From: Hyphomicrobiales bacterium
Lineage (GTDB): Bacteria > Pseudomonadota > Alphaproteobacteria > Rhizobiales > Devosiaceae
Assembly (NCBI GenBank): GCA_044506585.1
Contig: JBIQKK010000017.1
Location: forward strand, 1-39,712
Reading direction: 5' to 3'
Length of the DNA: 39,712 bases
Positions 1 to 8,322 of the stretch are shown here, one piece after another; positions within the stretch are counted from its first letter, which is position 1, and each line of letters opens with the position of its first letter. Made by a program: the position numbers and the translations under genes. Below the pieces are notes generated by a model, which was given only the letters and a program-made list of their open reading frames with translations, had not been told where the DNA came from and did no database searches.

Positions 1-53
1 ACGGGCGAGGCAAAAAGAGAAGCGGCAAGAACGGTCGCGGCGAAGATGCGCAT
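1..53 (-). CDS. 5' end of a secreted protein, running off the left edge
   Basis: ATG at 53 reads MRIFAATVLAASLFASP..., a typical Sec signal peptide; not in the ORF track because it is truncated. Confidence 0.6.
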   Translation of the reverse strand, partial: MRIFAATVLAASLFASP

Positions 54-121
54 GAAGGCCCCCGGATGTGCGTTGCGGAGCTATGCAGGCTGGTCGCTGA
101 ACGCGGCGTGAACCGTCGGGG

Positions 122-1096
122 TCAATCCTCTGCGCAGCTCGCCGCCTGCCGAGTCCATGTGCGATACTGGAAACGGCCCTCGGTGGCCCTCTTGCCGAAA
201 TACACCTCGAGACGCCGTCTGGGGCCCTCGATCACGAGGTCGGTGCCGCCGGCGGTCGCGGTCAGAACGTCGCCCGGATTGTCGCTATCCACGACCGTCA
301 ACGGATCGCCGCGCCGGTGCCGTACCGGATGCAGCTCAAGACATTGCTTGGAGTCGAGGCCGATGGTCCTGTACTCCCCCCGCGTGTTGTCGAGCGAACT
401 CCACGGCGCGCGCTCGCGCGGCGAGCGGGTGTCCTTTGGGGCGCGCGCATCGGCGGCGTCGCTGCATATGCCCAGCAACCGTTCGACGGCTGCCGCGCCC
501 TCGCCAAGGTCGAACAACAGGGACCGCCGGTCGGGGCCGCTGCCAAAGCCCAGGGCCAGTTGCTGGGAAACCGAAACATTCCAGTAGAACATCTGGATGC
601 CGTTCGCGAGCATGCCTATCGCCAGCATGCGTCCCAGATGGCCGCCCTGGCCGGCATTGCCAGCGCGTACGGCTTCCTTGAAACGAGGATTGTCGTTGTC
701 GGCGACGAAATTGCTGCCGCCGCTGCTGTAGCTGAGGACGGACGAGCCGTTCGAAACCAGCCATTCCGCTTGGCGGATATCGCCATCGTCGAACCGAAGC
801 AGGGAGCCGATCTTTCCGGACATGCCTGCCTCGCCCAGATTCACCGCGGAAGATGCCAATTGTATGCTGTAGCTGATCGTCCCCTCTTCTTCGAACGTGC
901 AGAGAAGCGAAAGAGTTGAAGCATCCGATCCAGAGGTTTCACTGAGATCGAGCCTATAGCCGACGTCGCCGAAAATGGGGTCGGCATCCTTGACGAGTTC
1001 CCAACCCGCGATCTTCTCGACAGGGACCATTTCGGCCCAAGCGGGTGTGCCCAGGCAGACCGCCAATAGTGTTGCCGCGACGCTGGTTGCTTTCAT
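122..1096 (-). CDS. hypothetical secreted protein (324 aa)
   Basis: Start re-assigned to ATG 1096 (purine-rich GGGGGGAAAAG upstream); MKATSVAATLLAVCLGTPAWA/E signal peptide; no family recognised. Confidence 0.7.
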   Translation of the reverse strand: MKATSVAATLLAVCLGTPAWAEMVPVEKIAGWELVKDADPIFGDVGYRLDLSETSGSDASTLSLLCTFEEEGTISYSIQLASSAVNLGEAGMSGKIGSLLRFDDGDIRQAEWLVSNGSSVLSYSSGGSNFVADNDNPRFKEAVRAGNAGQGGHLGRMLAIGMLANGIQMFYWNVSVSQQLALGFGSGPDRRSLLFDLGEGAAAVERLLGICSDAADARAPKDTRSPRERAPWSSLDNTRGEYRTIGLDSKQCLELHPVRHRRGDPLTVVDSDNPGDVLTATAGGTDLVIEGPRRRLEVYFGKRATEGRFQYRTWTRQAASCAED

Positions 1097-1185
1097 CTTT
1101 TCCCCCCGGAGGCAGAGCGACCATAAGGCATCCAGCGGCGGTGCCAAGCCTGTCCTCGGTGGCGCAAGAAGAGGAGCTTGGCGCG

Positions 1186-2079
1186 CTAGAACTGCCACTC
1201 GCGGGCCTTGCCCACGAGAAAGTCGCGGAAAACGCCGACGCGCTTGGAGTTCTTGAGGGCCGGGGGATAGACGAAATAGGCCTCGTAGGCCGGCAGCTCC
1301 ACGCCGGCGAGGACGCGCTTCAAGTTGGTTTCGCTCTCGGTGATGTAATCGGGGAGCATTGCGATGCCGATGCCGGCGCGGCAGGCCTGCATCATGCCGT
1401 AGATGGCGTTGACGCGCATGGCGGCGCGGCGGGGCGAATTGTCGGCGCGGCCCAGTCGTTCGAGGTAGTTGATGTCGCCCAGATGCTGCGGCACGGGCTC
1501 GCCGAAGCTCACGATGCGGTGCTGGTCGAGCTCCTCGACGGTCCTGGGCTCGCCATGCTCGGCGAGGTAGTCGAGCGACATGTAGAAGTGGTTGTGCACC
1601 GTGAACAGCTTGCGCTGGATCATCTCGGACTGGTTGGGCCGGTGGAGGCGGATCGCGACGTCCGCTTCGCGCATCGCAAGATCGAGTTCGGCGTCGTTGA
1701 GGCGAATCTCGATCTGGATGTCGGGGTAGAGTTTCAGGAATTCATGGATGCGGCTCGAGAGCCAGGTCGAGCCGATGCCCACGGTGGTGGTGATGATGAG
1801 CTGCCCGGTGGGGACGTCCTGACTTTCGGACATCAGCTCCTGCACCTGCGCCAGCTCGGACTGCATGCGGTGGGCCGTGCGGAACAGCTGCTCGCCCACT
1901 TCGGTGAGGACGAGACCGCGGGCGTGGCGGATGAACAGCTTGAGGCCGAGATCCTCTTCGAGGGCCGAAATCTGCCGGGAGACCGCCGATTGGCTCATGT
2001 TGAGCTTCTCGGCGGCATGGGTGAAGCTCCCGGACTCCGCTGCGGTGTGGAAGATCCTGAGCTTGTCCCAGTCGAGCAT
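1186..2079 (-). CDS. vtlR: LysR-family regulator, VtlR/LsrB orthologue
   Basis: MLDWDKLRIFH..GSFTHAA..LNMSQSAVSRQI HTH, IQRKLFTVH, C-terminal FRDFLVGKAREWQF; directly downstream of trxB as in Rhizobiales; start re-assigned to ATG 2079. Confidence 0.9.
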   Translation of the reverse strand: MLDWDKLRIFHTAAESGSFTHAAEKLNMSQSAVSRQISALEEDLGLKLFIRHARGLVLTEVGEQLFRTAHRMQSELAQVQELMSESQDVPTGQLIITTTVGIGSTWLSSRIHEFLKLYPDIQIEIRLNDAELDLAMREADVAIRLHRPNQSEMIQRKLFTVHNHFYMSLDYLAEHGEPRTVEELDQHRIVSFGEPVPQHLGDINYLERLGRADNSPRRAAMRVNAIYGMMQACRAGIGIAMLPDYITESETNLKRVLAGVELPAYEAYFVYPPALKNSKRVGVFRDFLVGKAREWQF

Positions 2080-2081
2080 GA

Positions 2082-3032
2082 CTACTCCGCGGCTTCTGCC
2101 AGGTTCTCCTCGGCGAGGAAACGTTCGGCCTCGAGAGCGGCCATGCACCCCATGCCGGCGGCAGTCACCGCCTGGCGGAAGACGTCATCGGTCACGTCGC
2201 CGGCGGCATAGACGCCGGGGACGTTGGTCTGCGTGGTGCCGGGCTTCACCATGAGGTAGCCGCCGGGCTTCATGTCGAGCTTGCCGGCAAAAATCGCCGT
2301 CGCCGGGGTGTGACCGATGGCAACGAAAATGCCATCGACCGGCAGGGATTCGGTGGCGCCGGTGAGTACATTGCGCAGTACCGCGCCGGTGACCGAAGGC
2401 GGCATCTGGTTGCCGGTGATGTCCGCGAGTTCGGTATTCCAGCGCACTTCGATCTTGGGATGCTTGAACAGGCGATCCTGCAGGATGCGTTCGGCGCGGA
2501 ATTCGCTCCGCCGGTGGATGACGGTCACCTTGCTGGCGAAATTGGTGAGGAACAGCGCCTCCTCGACCGCGGTGTTGCCGCCGCCGACGACCAGCACATG
2601 CTTGTCGCGATAAAAGAAGCCATCGCAGGTGGCGCAGGCACTTACGCCGAAACCCTGAAATTTCGATTCCGAGGGCAGGCCGAGCCAGCGCGCCTGGGCG
2701 CCGGTGGCGATGATGACGGTGTCGGCGGTGTAGACCTTGCCGCTGTCGCCCTTGAGGGTGAAGGGGCGGCGGTCGAAATCGACCTCGACGATGACGTCGC
2801 TGATCATTTTGGTGCCGACATGCTCGGCCTGCGCCTTCATCTGCTCCATGAGCCAGGGGCCCTGGATGACGTCTGCGTAGCCGGGGTAATTCTCGACATC
2901 GGTGGTGATGGTGAGTTGGCCGCCCGGCTGCGTTCCGGCGATCAGCACCGGTTCGAGCATTGCACGCGCCGCATAGATGGCCGCGGTGTATCCGGCCGGC
3001 CCCGACCCGATAATCACAACCTTGGAATGCAT
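2082..3032 (-). CDS. trxB: thioredoxin-disulfide reductase
   Basis: [13 protein letters not shown] motif, CATC redox centre, [15 protein letters not shown] motif, AAGDV. Confidence 0.98.
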   Translation of the reverse strand: MHSKVVIIGSGPAGYTAAIYAARAMLEPVLIAGTQPGGQLTITTDVENYPGYADVIQGPWLMEQMKAQAEHVGTKMISDVIVEVDFDRRPFTLKGDSGKVYTADTVIIATGAQARWLGLPSESKFQGFGVSACATCDGFFYRDKHVLVVGGGNTAVEEALFLTNFASKVTVIHRRSEFRAERILQDRLFKHPKIEVRWNTELADITGNQMPPSVTGAVLRNVLTGATESLPVDGIFVAIGHTPATAIFAGKLDMKPGGYLMVKPGTTQTNVPGVYAAGDVTDDVFRQAVTAAGMGCMAALEAERFLAEENLAEAAE

Positions 3033-3058
3033 CTGATAGTCCCTCTTGCGAGGCGTTA

Positions 3059-3088
3059 ATGTAGTCGCCGGAGGCCGTTGTTTTCAAG
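3059..3088 (-). promoter_or_regulatory. putative RpoH/RpoD-type promoter of trxB-vtlR
   Basis: Minus strand CTTGAA-N18-CTACAT, ending 27 nt before the trxB ATG; resembles alphaproteobacterial CTTGAA...CCTATAT. Confidence 0.55.
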
Positions 3089-3271
3089 GCAAGCCGGCCC
3101 GCAAACGCCCGCAAGGGTGGGCAACTCACCGAAATGTCAGGGGGGCGCGGGTTTTTGCGACAGTTGGCCCGACGGACGGTGGAACTTGCCTCGAAGACGG
3201 CGGAAAAATCGTGCTTCGCGCCGTTGGTCCCGTGGTCAGCTATGCTATAGGCGCAGACATGTGGGGGGCGA

Positions 3272-4054
3272 ATGCTTAGACTGGTCGATCAGCCGCGGCC
3301 CGTAGCCTGGTGGGTGATGCGGCCGTTTTCCGCCCGCTACCGGGTGCAATATGATGCGCGCCATCTGCCCGACTGGCAGCGGATCGTGCTGCGGCGCACC
3401 GTCTACGTGCCCAAGCTGAAGCTGCTTTACGTCATCAATGCCAAGGCCGCGAGCTCGAGCCTGCGCGACATGATGTTCGTGCTCGGGGGCGGATCGCGCG
3501 AGGCGGGGCCCGGCGATGGGATTTACTTCCCCTCGCCGCGCTGGCGGGAGGTGGTCGCCGCGTGGGAGGATCCCGGGGTCTACCGCTTCACTGTCGGCCG
3601 GCACCCGGTGAGCCGGGCGGTTTCGGCGTTCACGAACCTCTTCGTCAACCGCAATAACGGCTTCGAATTCCGGCACATTCCGTATCTGAAGCGCACCGGC
3701 CTGACGTTCGGCGACGGAAGTTCGGCCAACTTCGACCGGTTCCTCGACTACATCGAGGAGGTGCAGGCCGAGAGCGAGCTGTTCTGCGACGCGCATTTGC
3801 GCCTGCAGACGCACAATACGGGGGCGCGGTACCTCCGCTACAACCGCATCGGGAAGTACGATGCGCTGGCCGGGGATGTTGCGGCCATCATGGCGGAAGC
3901 CGGGGTTTCATCCTTCACGCCCGCAGCGCTCGGCTGGGACAACAAGGCGATCCGGGAGGCCGGGCTGACGCTGACGCCAGCCCAGATCGCCCGGATCGAA
4001 ACGATCTACGCCGAGGATTACGAACGGTTCGGCTACGCGCGCGGCGGCGCCTAG
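3272..4054 (+). CDS. sulfotransferase family 2 (carbohydrate sulfotransferase-like) protein
   Basis: 5'-PSB-like [10 protein letters not shown], 3'-PB-like [27 protein letters not shown]-terminal [10 protein letters not shown]. Confidence 0.85.
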   Translation: MLRLVDQPRPVAWWVMRPFSARYRVQYDARHLPDWQRIVLRRTVYVPKLKLLYVINAKAASSSLRDMMFVLGGGSREAGPGDGIYFPSPRWREVVAAWEDPGVYRFTVGRHPVSRAVSAFTNLFVNRNNGFEFRHIPYLKRTGLTFGDGSSANFDRFLDYIEEVQAESELFCDAHLRLQTHNTGARYLRYNRIGKYDALAGDVAAIMAEAGVSSFTPAALGWDNKAIREAGLTLTPAQIARIETIYAEDYERFGYARGGA

Positions 4055-4527
4055 ACGTATTTTAGTTCGAGGATCTCGTAGCTTTTGGTGCCGCCGGGGG
4101 CAGGGACCTCGACGCTGTCGCCCTTGGATTTGCCGATCATGGCGCGGGCGATGGGGGAGGAGATCGAGATGCGGCCCTTGCTGGCATCGGCCTCGGGGTC
4201 GCCCACGATCGTATATTTGCGCTCTTCCTCGGTCTCTTCGTCGATGATCTTGACGGTTGCGCCGAACTTGACGGTGTCGCCGCTGAGCTTGCTGACGTCG
4301 ATGACGTCGGCGAGCGCCAGCAGGCCTTCGAGCTCCTGGATCCGGCCCTCATTGAGGCTCTGCTGCTCCTTGGCGGCGTGATACTCGGCGTTTTCGCTGA
4401 GATCGCCGTGGGCGCGGGCCTCGGAAATGGCGGCAATGATGCGGGGACGCTCTTCGGCGGTGCGGAAGCGATATTCCTCGGTGAGCGCAGCGTGGCCCGC
4501 GGGGGTCATCGGGACTTTGTCCGGCAT
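4051..4527 (-). CDS. greA: transcription elongation factor GreA
   Basis: [18 protein letters not shown] and [14 protein letters not shown] signatures; 158 aa. Confidence 0.98.
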   Translation of the reverse strand: MPDKVPMTPAGHAALTEEYRFRTAEERPRIIAAISEARAHGDLSENAEYHAAKEQQSLNEGRIQELEGLLALADVIDVSKLSGDTVKFGATVKIIDEETEEERKYTIVGDPEADASKGRISISSPIARAMIGKSKGDSVEVPAPGGTKSYEILELKYV

Positions 4528-4586
4528 CGTGGTCTCCGTGGTCTTGCGCAGCGCCGGACGTCCATCCGGCCGGCGATACGCTTCGT

Positions 4587-4630
4587 AAAATCAAAAGTCC
4601 GCTTCCCGCCTCGCCTGGCGTTCAGCGGAC
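4587..4630 (-). terminator. intrinsic terminator-like hairpin in the greA leader
   Basis: GTCCGCT-gaa-CGCC-aggcga-GGCG-gga-AGCGGAC followed by TTTTGATTTT, ending 60 nt upstream of the greA ATG. Confidence 0.65.
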
Positions 4631-4652
4631 TGGAATTTGAGGGATTGCGGGC

Positions 4653-4682
4653 AGCCTGCCCTTCCAGTGCGCCGCGGTCAAG
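4653..4682 (-). promoter_or_regulatory. putative sigma70 promoter of greA
   Basis: cTTGACC-N17-CAGGCT on the minus strand, upstream of the leader hairpin. Confidence 0.5.
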
Positions 4683-4691
4683 CGGCAGGCA

Positions 4692-4719
4692 CGGCGGAGC
4701 CCCAGATGGGGCCCCGCCG
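4692..4719 (-). terminator. GC-rich hairpin just after the TetR stop codon
   Basis: CGGCGGGGCCCC-ATCT-GGGGCTCCGCCG; no U-tract, so it may be a pause or stability hairpin. Confidence 0.4.
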
Positions 4720-4726
4720 CCAGAAA

Positions 4727-5338
4727 TCAAGCCTTCACGGCGGCCCAGGCGGCGTCGCCGATCAGCTCTGCAGCGCGCTTGGCGGCAACCCTGGCCCGGC
4801 CGGTGGTGGCGAGGCGCAGGTAGTTGTAGGCGGGGCCCAGGATCAGCGAGTGCGCGACCGGCCACGGCAGATCCTTGACCTTACGGGCCTTCGCGAACTT
4901 GCTGTAGGAGGCTTGCGCGGAGCCCTGACCCTCGGCGAGGGTGTCGGCAATCTCGGCGAATTCAGGCGCGGTGACCGCAAGGGTGCGGATTTCGTCCATG
5001 AAGCGGAACAGTTCGGGGTTCTTGAGGCCCCAGGTGACCAGCCCGCCGGCCGACGCCTTGATCACGGCCTCCGGCGTTTCGCTGGAGGAGCGGGACGCGC
5101 CCGACCAGCCTTCCACCGCGTCCTCGAGCAGGGCCATGGCGAGCGCGCCCTTGCCGTCGAAGAAGTGATAGATCGAACCCGTGGTGGCGCCCGACGCTTC
5201 GCGAATGTCGTTGATCGTGGTGGCGATGTAGCCCTTTTCGAGGAAGCATTCGAGCGCTGCTTCGAGGATTGATTCGCGGCGCTCATCGCCCGTCAAACGC
5301 TTGCGGGCCTTCACTTTTTTGCCAGCGGCACGAGCCAT
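4727..5338 (-). CDS. TetR/AcrR-family regulator
   Basis: RRESILEAALECFLEKGYIATTINDIREASGATTGSIYHFFDGK HTH; start re-assigned to ATG 5338 (AAGGGAA RBS). Confidence 0.93.
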   Translation of the reverse strand: MARAAGKKVKARKRLTGDERRESILEAALECFLEKGYIATTINDIREASGATTGSIYHFFDGKGALAMALLEDAVEGWSGASRSSSETPEAVIKASAGGLVTWGLKNPELFRFMDEIRTLAVTAPEFAEIADTLAEGQGSAQASYSKFAKARKVKDLPWPVAHSLILGPAYNYLRLATTGRARVAAKRAAELIGDAAWAAVKA

Positions 5339-5364
5339 CTGATTCCCTTTCCTAAAAGAATTCT

Positions 5365-5405
5365 CTGGAATTGGCTTCCAGCATGTACTAGAGCAGAGTT
5401 CTAGT
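5365..5405. promoter_or_regulatory. two tandem palindromic operators, probably for the adjacent TetR
   Basis: CTGGAA-ttggc-TTCCAG (5365-5381) and aCTAGAG-cagag-TTCTAGt (5387-5405) between divergent genes. Confidence 0.65.
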
Positions 5406-5441
5406 GAAGCGTTTTGTTGCGGTTTTGGACAGTGAAGGGAA

Positions 5442-5858
5442 ATGGATGTGGAACATGACATGGTGAAGGCGGCTCGCCGTCTTTTTGCCGCAATCGAACA
5501 GGGCGACGAGCAGGTGCTCCGCGCCATCTATGCTGATAATGCAGTTCAAGTTGAGCATCCTAACCGATTGAAACCCAAAGGGGATCGCCGGGGCGTCGAC
5601 AAGATGCTGGCCGATTTGAAGCGGGGCAAGGCCATCCTGCGGGAAGAGCACTACGAGGTGATCTCGGCGGCGGCCCAGGGAGATGTCGCGGCCGTGCAGG
5701 TTAAGTGGACAGGCGTCCTCGCGGTGCCCGTAGGCGCGCTCAAGCCGGGCGATACCATGCTATGCGAAAGCGGGATTTTCCTGCGATTTGAGGGGGATAG
5801 GGTGGTCGAGCAGCACAATTACGACTGCTTCGAGGATTTCACGGCGCCGGCCGCCTAG
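5442..5858 (+). CDS. SnoaL-like / NTF2-fold protein
   Basis: 138 aa; ARRLFAAIEQGD..LRAIYADNAV, QGDVAAVQVKWTG, FLRFEGDRVVEQHNYD; divergent from TetR; alternative start 5460. Confidence 0.85.
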   Translation: MDVEHDMVKAARRLFAAIEQGDEQVLRAIYADNAVQVEHPNRLKPKGDRRGVDKMLADLKRGKAILREEHYEVISAAAQGDVAAVQVKWTGVLAVPVGALKPGDTMLCESGIFLRFEGDRVVEQHNYDCFEDFTAPAA

Positions 5859-5868
5859 GGGCAGCGGC

Positions 5869-5906
5869 AAAAATGAAAGGCGTGGGCCGCGAGGCGCCAC
5901 GCCTTC
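5869..5906 (-). terminator. intrinsic terminator of the csp gene
   Basis: GAAGGCGTGGcGCC-tcgc-GGCCCACGCCTTTC followed by ATTTTT on the minus strand. Confidence 0.75.
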
Positions 5907-5930
5907 ACAAATCCGGATCGGCTGAAGCCG

Positions 5931-6143
5931 TCAGCCCGCCATCGACAGATTGTCGGCAGCGGACTTGCCCGTCCGCTTGTCCTTGACGATCTCGTAATTG
6001 ACCTTCTGGCCCTCATCCAGGCCATTCAGGCCCGAGCGCTGGACGGCAGAAATGTGAACGAAGACATCCGCCCCGCCCTCGTCGGGTTGGATGAAGCCGT
6101 AGCCCTTCTGACCGTTGAACCATTTAACAGTGCCGGTTGCCAT
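5931..6143 (-). CDS. cspA: cold-shock protein (CspA family)
   Basis: [13 protein letters not shown]1 KGYGFI, RNP2 VFVHIS; 70 aa from ATG 6143; paralogue identity uncertain. Confidence 0.95.
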   Translation of the reverse strand: MATGTVKWFNGQKGYGFIQPDEGGADVFVHISAVQRSGLNGLDEGQKVNYEIVKDKRTGKSAADNLSMAG

Positions 6144-6460
6144 ATAAGTCCCTCTCGCAGTCTCTGCCGTGGCGGTGCCCACACCCCGTGGGCGGATACG
6201 CCAATCGAAATCTCGGTAGTGACGTCAGCAGGCGCGTTTAGGCGTCGCCAGGCACGAACAGTCGGCCGCAATATTCGACGATGCCGTTCTAGCCTGAAAT
6301 GTTAACGGACACAATATGTCGCACCCAGCACAAATAACCGCCCGGGCCAAGGGCCCTGCGGAGTGGGGGTTGTTTGTGACAATAGGCGCGTTCGGGCCAG
6401 AGGAAGCCCAGTTCCCGTGGCCGCGAACCACTCGCGTTCGCAGCCATGGGGGAAGAGAAT

Positions 6461-6476
6461 TTGACGTTTACGTCAA
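6461..6476. promoter_or_regulatory. palindrome matching the LiuR (MerR-family) operator type
   Basis: TTGACGT-TT-ACGTCAA, perfect 7-bp arms. Confidence 0.55.
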
Positions 6477-6494
6477 TCGGGCTGCAGCGTCCAG

Positions 6495-7205
6495 TCAACT
6501 CTTCGCGGGCGGCAGGGTCAGGCGGGCCCAGATCGGGAGGTGATCGGAGGCCTCGCGCGAGAGGGTGGAGCGGTGAACTCCAGCCTCGGCGATCTCGATG
6601 TCCTCGGTGACGATGATCCGGTCGAGCGAGAAGACCGGCATCGAGGCGTGGAAGCTCGGGCCGCAGGTCGCGATGTGGTGGCCCTGTTCGAAGGCGCGCA
6701 GCACGCCCGATTTGAGGTCGGGCTCGTTGAGGTCGCCCATCAGCACCGTGGGCATGTTGGCCTCGAGCGTATGCAGTTCACTGACGATGGCCTGGGTCTG
6801 GAGTTGCCGCCATTTGCGGGTGAGGCCCAGATGCATGCCGACGACGCGGACCTTCAGGCCGCCGCAATCGAGGTCAGCTGCTGCGGCGCCGCGGGGTTCG
6901 AGGTGGGGAAGCACCAGCGGGCGGGCACCGGCGATGCCGATCGATTTGCGCACCAGGATGACGTTGCCGTGGTGGCCGAGGCTTTGCGGACGCTCGGCGA
7001 AGCGGATCGCCCGATAGCCGGTTTCGGCCTCGATCATCTGCGGATCGAGGGCGGCGATGCGCGAGCCGAAACGCCGGTCGACCTCCTGGAGGGCGACGAT
7101 GTCGGCGTCGAGCTCGACCAGGACCCTCAGGACCCGCTCGGGACGCCGGCGCCAGTCGAGGCCCACGGCCTTGCGGATGTTGTACGACGCGACCTTGAGA
7201 TGCAT
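6495..7205 (-). CDS. endonuclease/exonuclease/phosphatase (EEP) family hydrolase
   Basis: SYNI, DIVALQEVD, HGNVIL, MGDLNE, LDRI and SDHLP motifs. Confidence 0.93.
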   Translation of the reverse strand: MHLKVASYNIRKAVGLDWRRRPERVLRVLVELDADIVALQEVDRRFGSRIAALDPQMIEAETGYRAIRFAERPQSLGHHGNVILVRKSIGIAGARPLVLPHLEPRGAAAADLDCGGLKVRVVGMHLGLTRKWRQLQTQAIVSELHTLEANMPTVLMGDLNEPDLKSGVLRAFEQGHHIATCGPSFHASMPVFSLDRIIVTEDIEIAEAGVHRSTLSREASDHLPIWARLTLPPAKS

Positions 7206-7236
7206 TGCCGTCAGAACGCCTGAACCCGCAAAAAGG

Positions 7237-8019
7237 TTATGACATCAACAGCCTGAGGCCAACGATGCTGAGGACGGTGGCGAGGAGCCAGCGGATGACC
7301 CGTTCGTCGACACGGGGTGCGAGGCGGCTGGCGATGACGATGCCGGGAACCGATCCCGCCGCGAGTGACAGGAGCATGTGCCAGTCGACATTGCCGATGA
7401 TCCAGTGCCCCGAACCGGCCACCAAGACGAGCGGGACGGCATGGGCGATGTCGGACCCGACGATCCGGTGGAGCGGCAGCTTAGGGTAGAGGAGCATCAG
7501 CACCGTCACGCCGATGGCGCCCGCGCCGACCGAGGAAATCGAGACCAGGACGCCGATGGCGGCGCCGAACAGGGTCGTCAGGATCGCCTGCGGTGTGTGC
7601 GGAAGCTCACGATGGCTCTTCGCGAAGGTGACCAGCTGGGCGCGAAAGAAGAGGCTCAGGGCGGTGAGCAGCAGCATGGCGCCCAGGATGAGGCCGAAGA
7701 CCTGCGCGGCTTCGGCGGTCTGCGCGCCAGTGGTGGCGAGGATCCAGAGGGTCAGCGCCGCGGCGGGGACGCTCCCCAGCGCCAGTTGGCCGACGATCCG
7801 CCAATCCACCAGCTTGTTGAATCCGTGGACGAGGGTTCCTGCGGATTTGGTGACCGCGGCATAGAGCAGGTCGGTCCCGACGGCGGTGACAGGGTGGACG
7901 CCGAACAGGAGGATCAACAGCGGCGTCATCAGCGAACCGCCTCCGACGCCGGTCAGGCCCACGATGAATCCGACGCACAGCCCGGAGGCTGCATAAAGTA
8001 CTTCGACCGGTATGCCCAA
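7237..8019 (-). CDS. sulfite exporter TauE/SafE family protein
   Basis: VGLTGVGGGSLMTPLLI, AVGTDLL, SVGAGAIG, VGSDIAHAVPL; multiple TM helices; TTG start. Confidence 0.92.
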   Translation of the reverse strand: MGIPVEVLYAASGLCVGFIVGLTGVGGGSLMTPLLILLFGVHPVTAVGTDLLYAAVTKSAGTLVHGFNKLVDWRIVGQLALGSVPAAALTLWILATTGAQTAEAAQVFGLILGAMLLLTALSLFFRAQLVTFAKSHRELPHTPQAILTTLFGAAIGVLVSISSVGAGAIGVTVLMLLYPKLPLHRIVGSDIAHAVPLVLVAGSGHWIIGNVDWHMLLSLAAGSVPGIVIASRLAPRVDERVIRWLLATVLSIVGLRLLMS

Positions 8020-8322
8020 GCGGTGTCTCAGCCCCCTGATAGGGCCCGGACCCTATTTGCGCCGGGCGAGGTTGCCTAGGCATGGTTTGAGTATGAATTG
8101 GCGCAGAGGCGGCAGTTGGCGAAACGAAACTATCGTTAGGCGTGGCGCTGCCGGCGTGACGACTCGCGCCCAAGGGAGGATTTGTGCCCGTCATCCCCAT
8201 CTGCGGATGGGCTTCGAGGAACAAAACGCCGCACACCGTTAAGCATCTGTTGCAGGACAACCCTTCGTTTACTGCCCGGATTGCATTGTGGGACACGACT
8301 GCCCTTGCCCCGGGATCCCAGA

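Noticed and set aside
8020-8322. Possible riboswitch between tauE and the diguanylate cyclase (hairpins ATAGGG/CCCTAT and CCCATC/GATGGG)
   Set aside because: No recognisable SAM-alpha, c-di-GMP or other aptamer consensus; an Rfam scan would be needed
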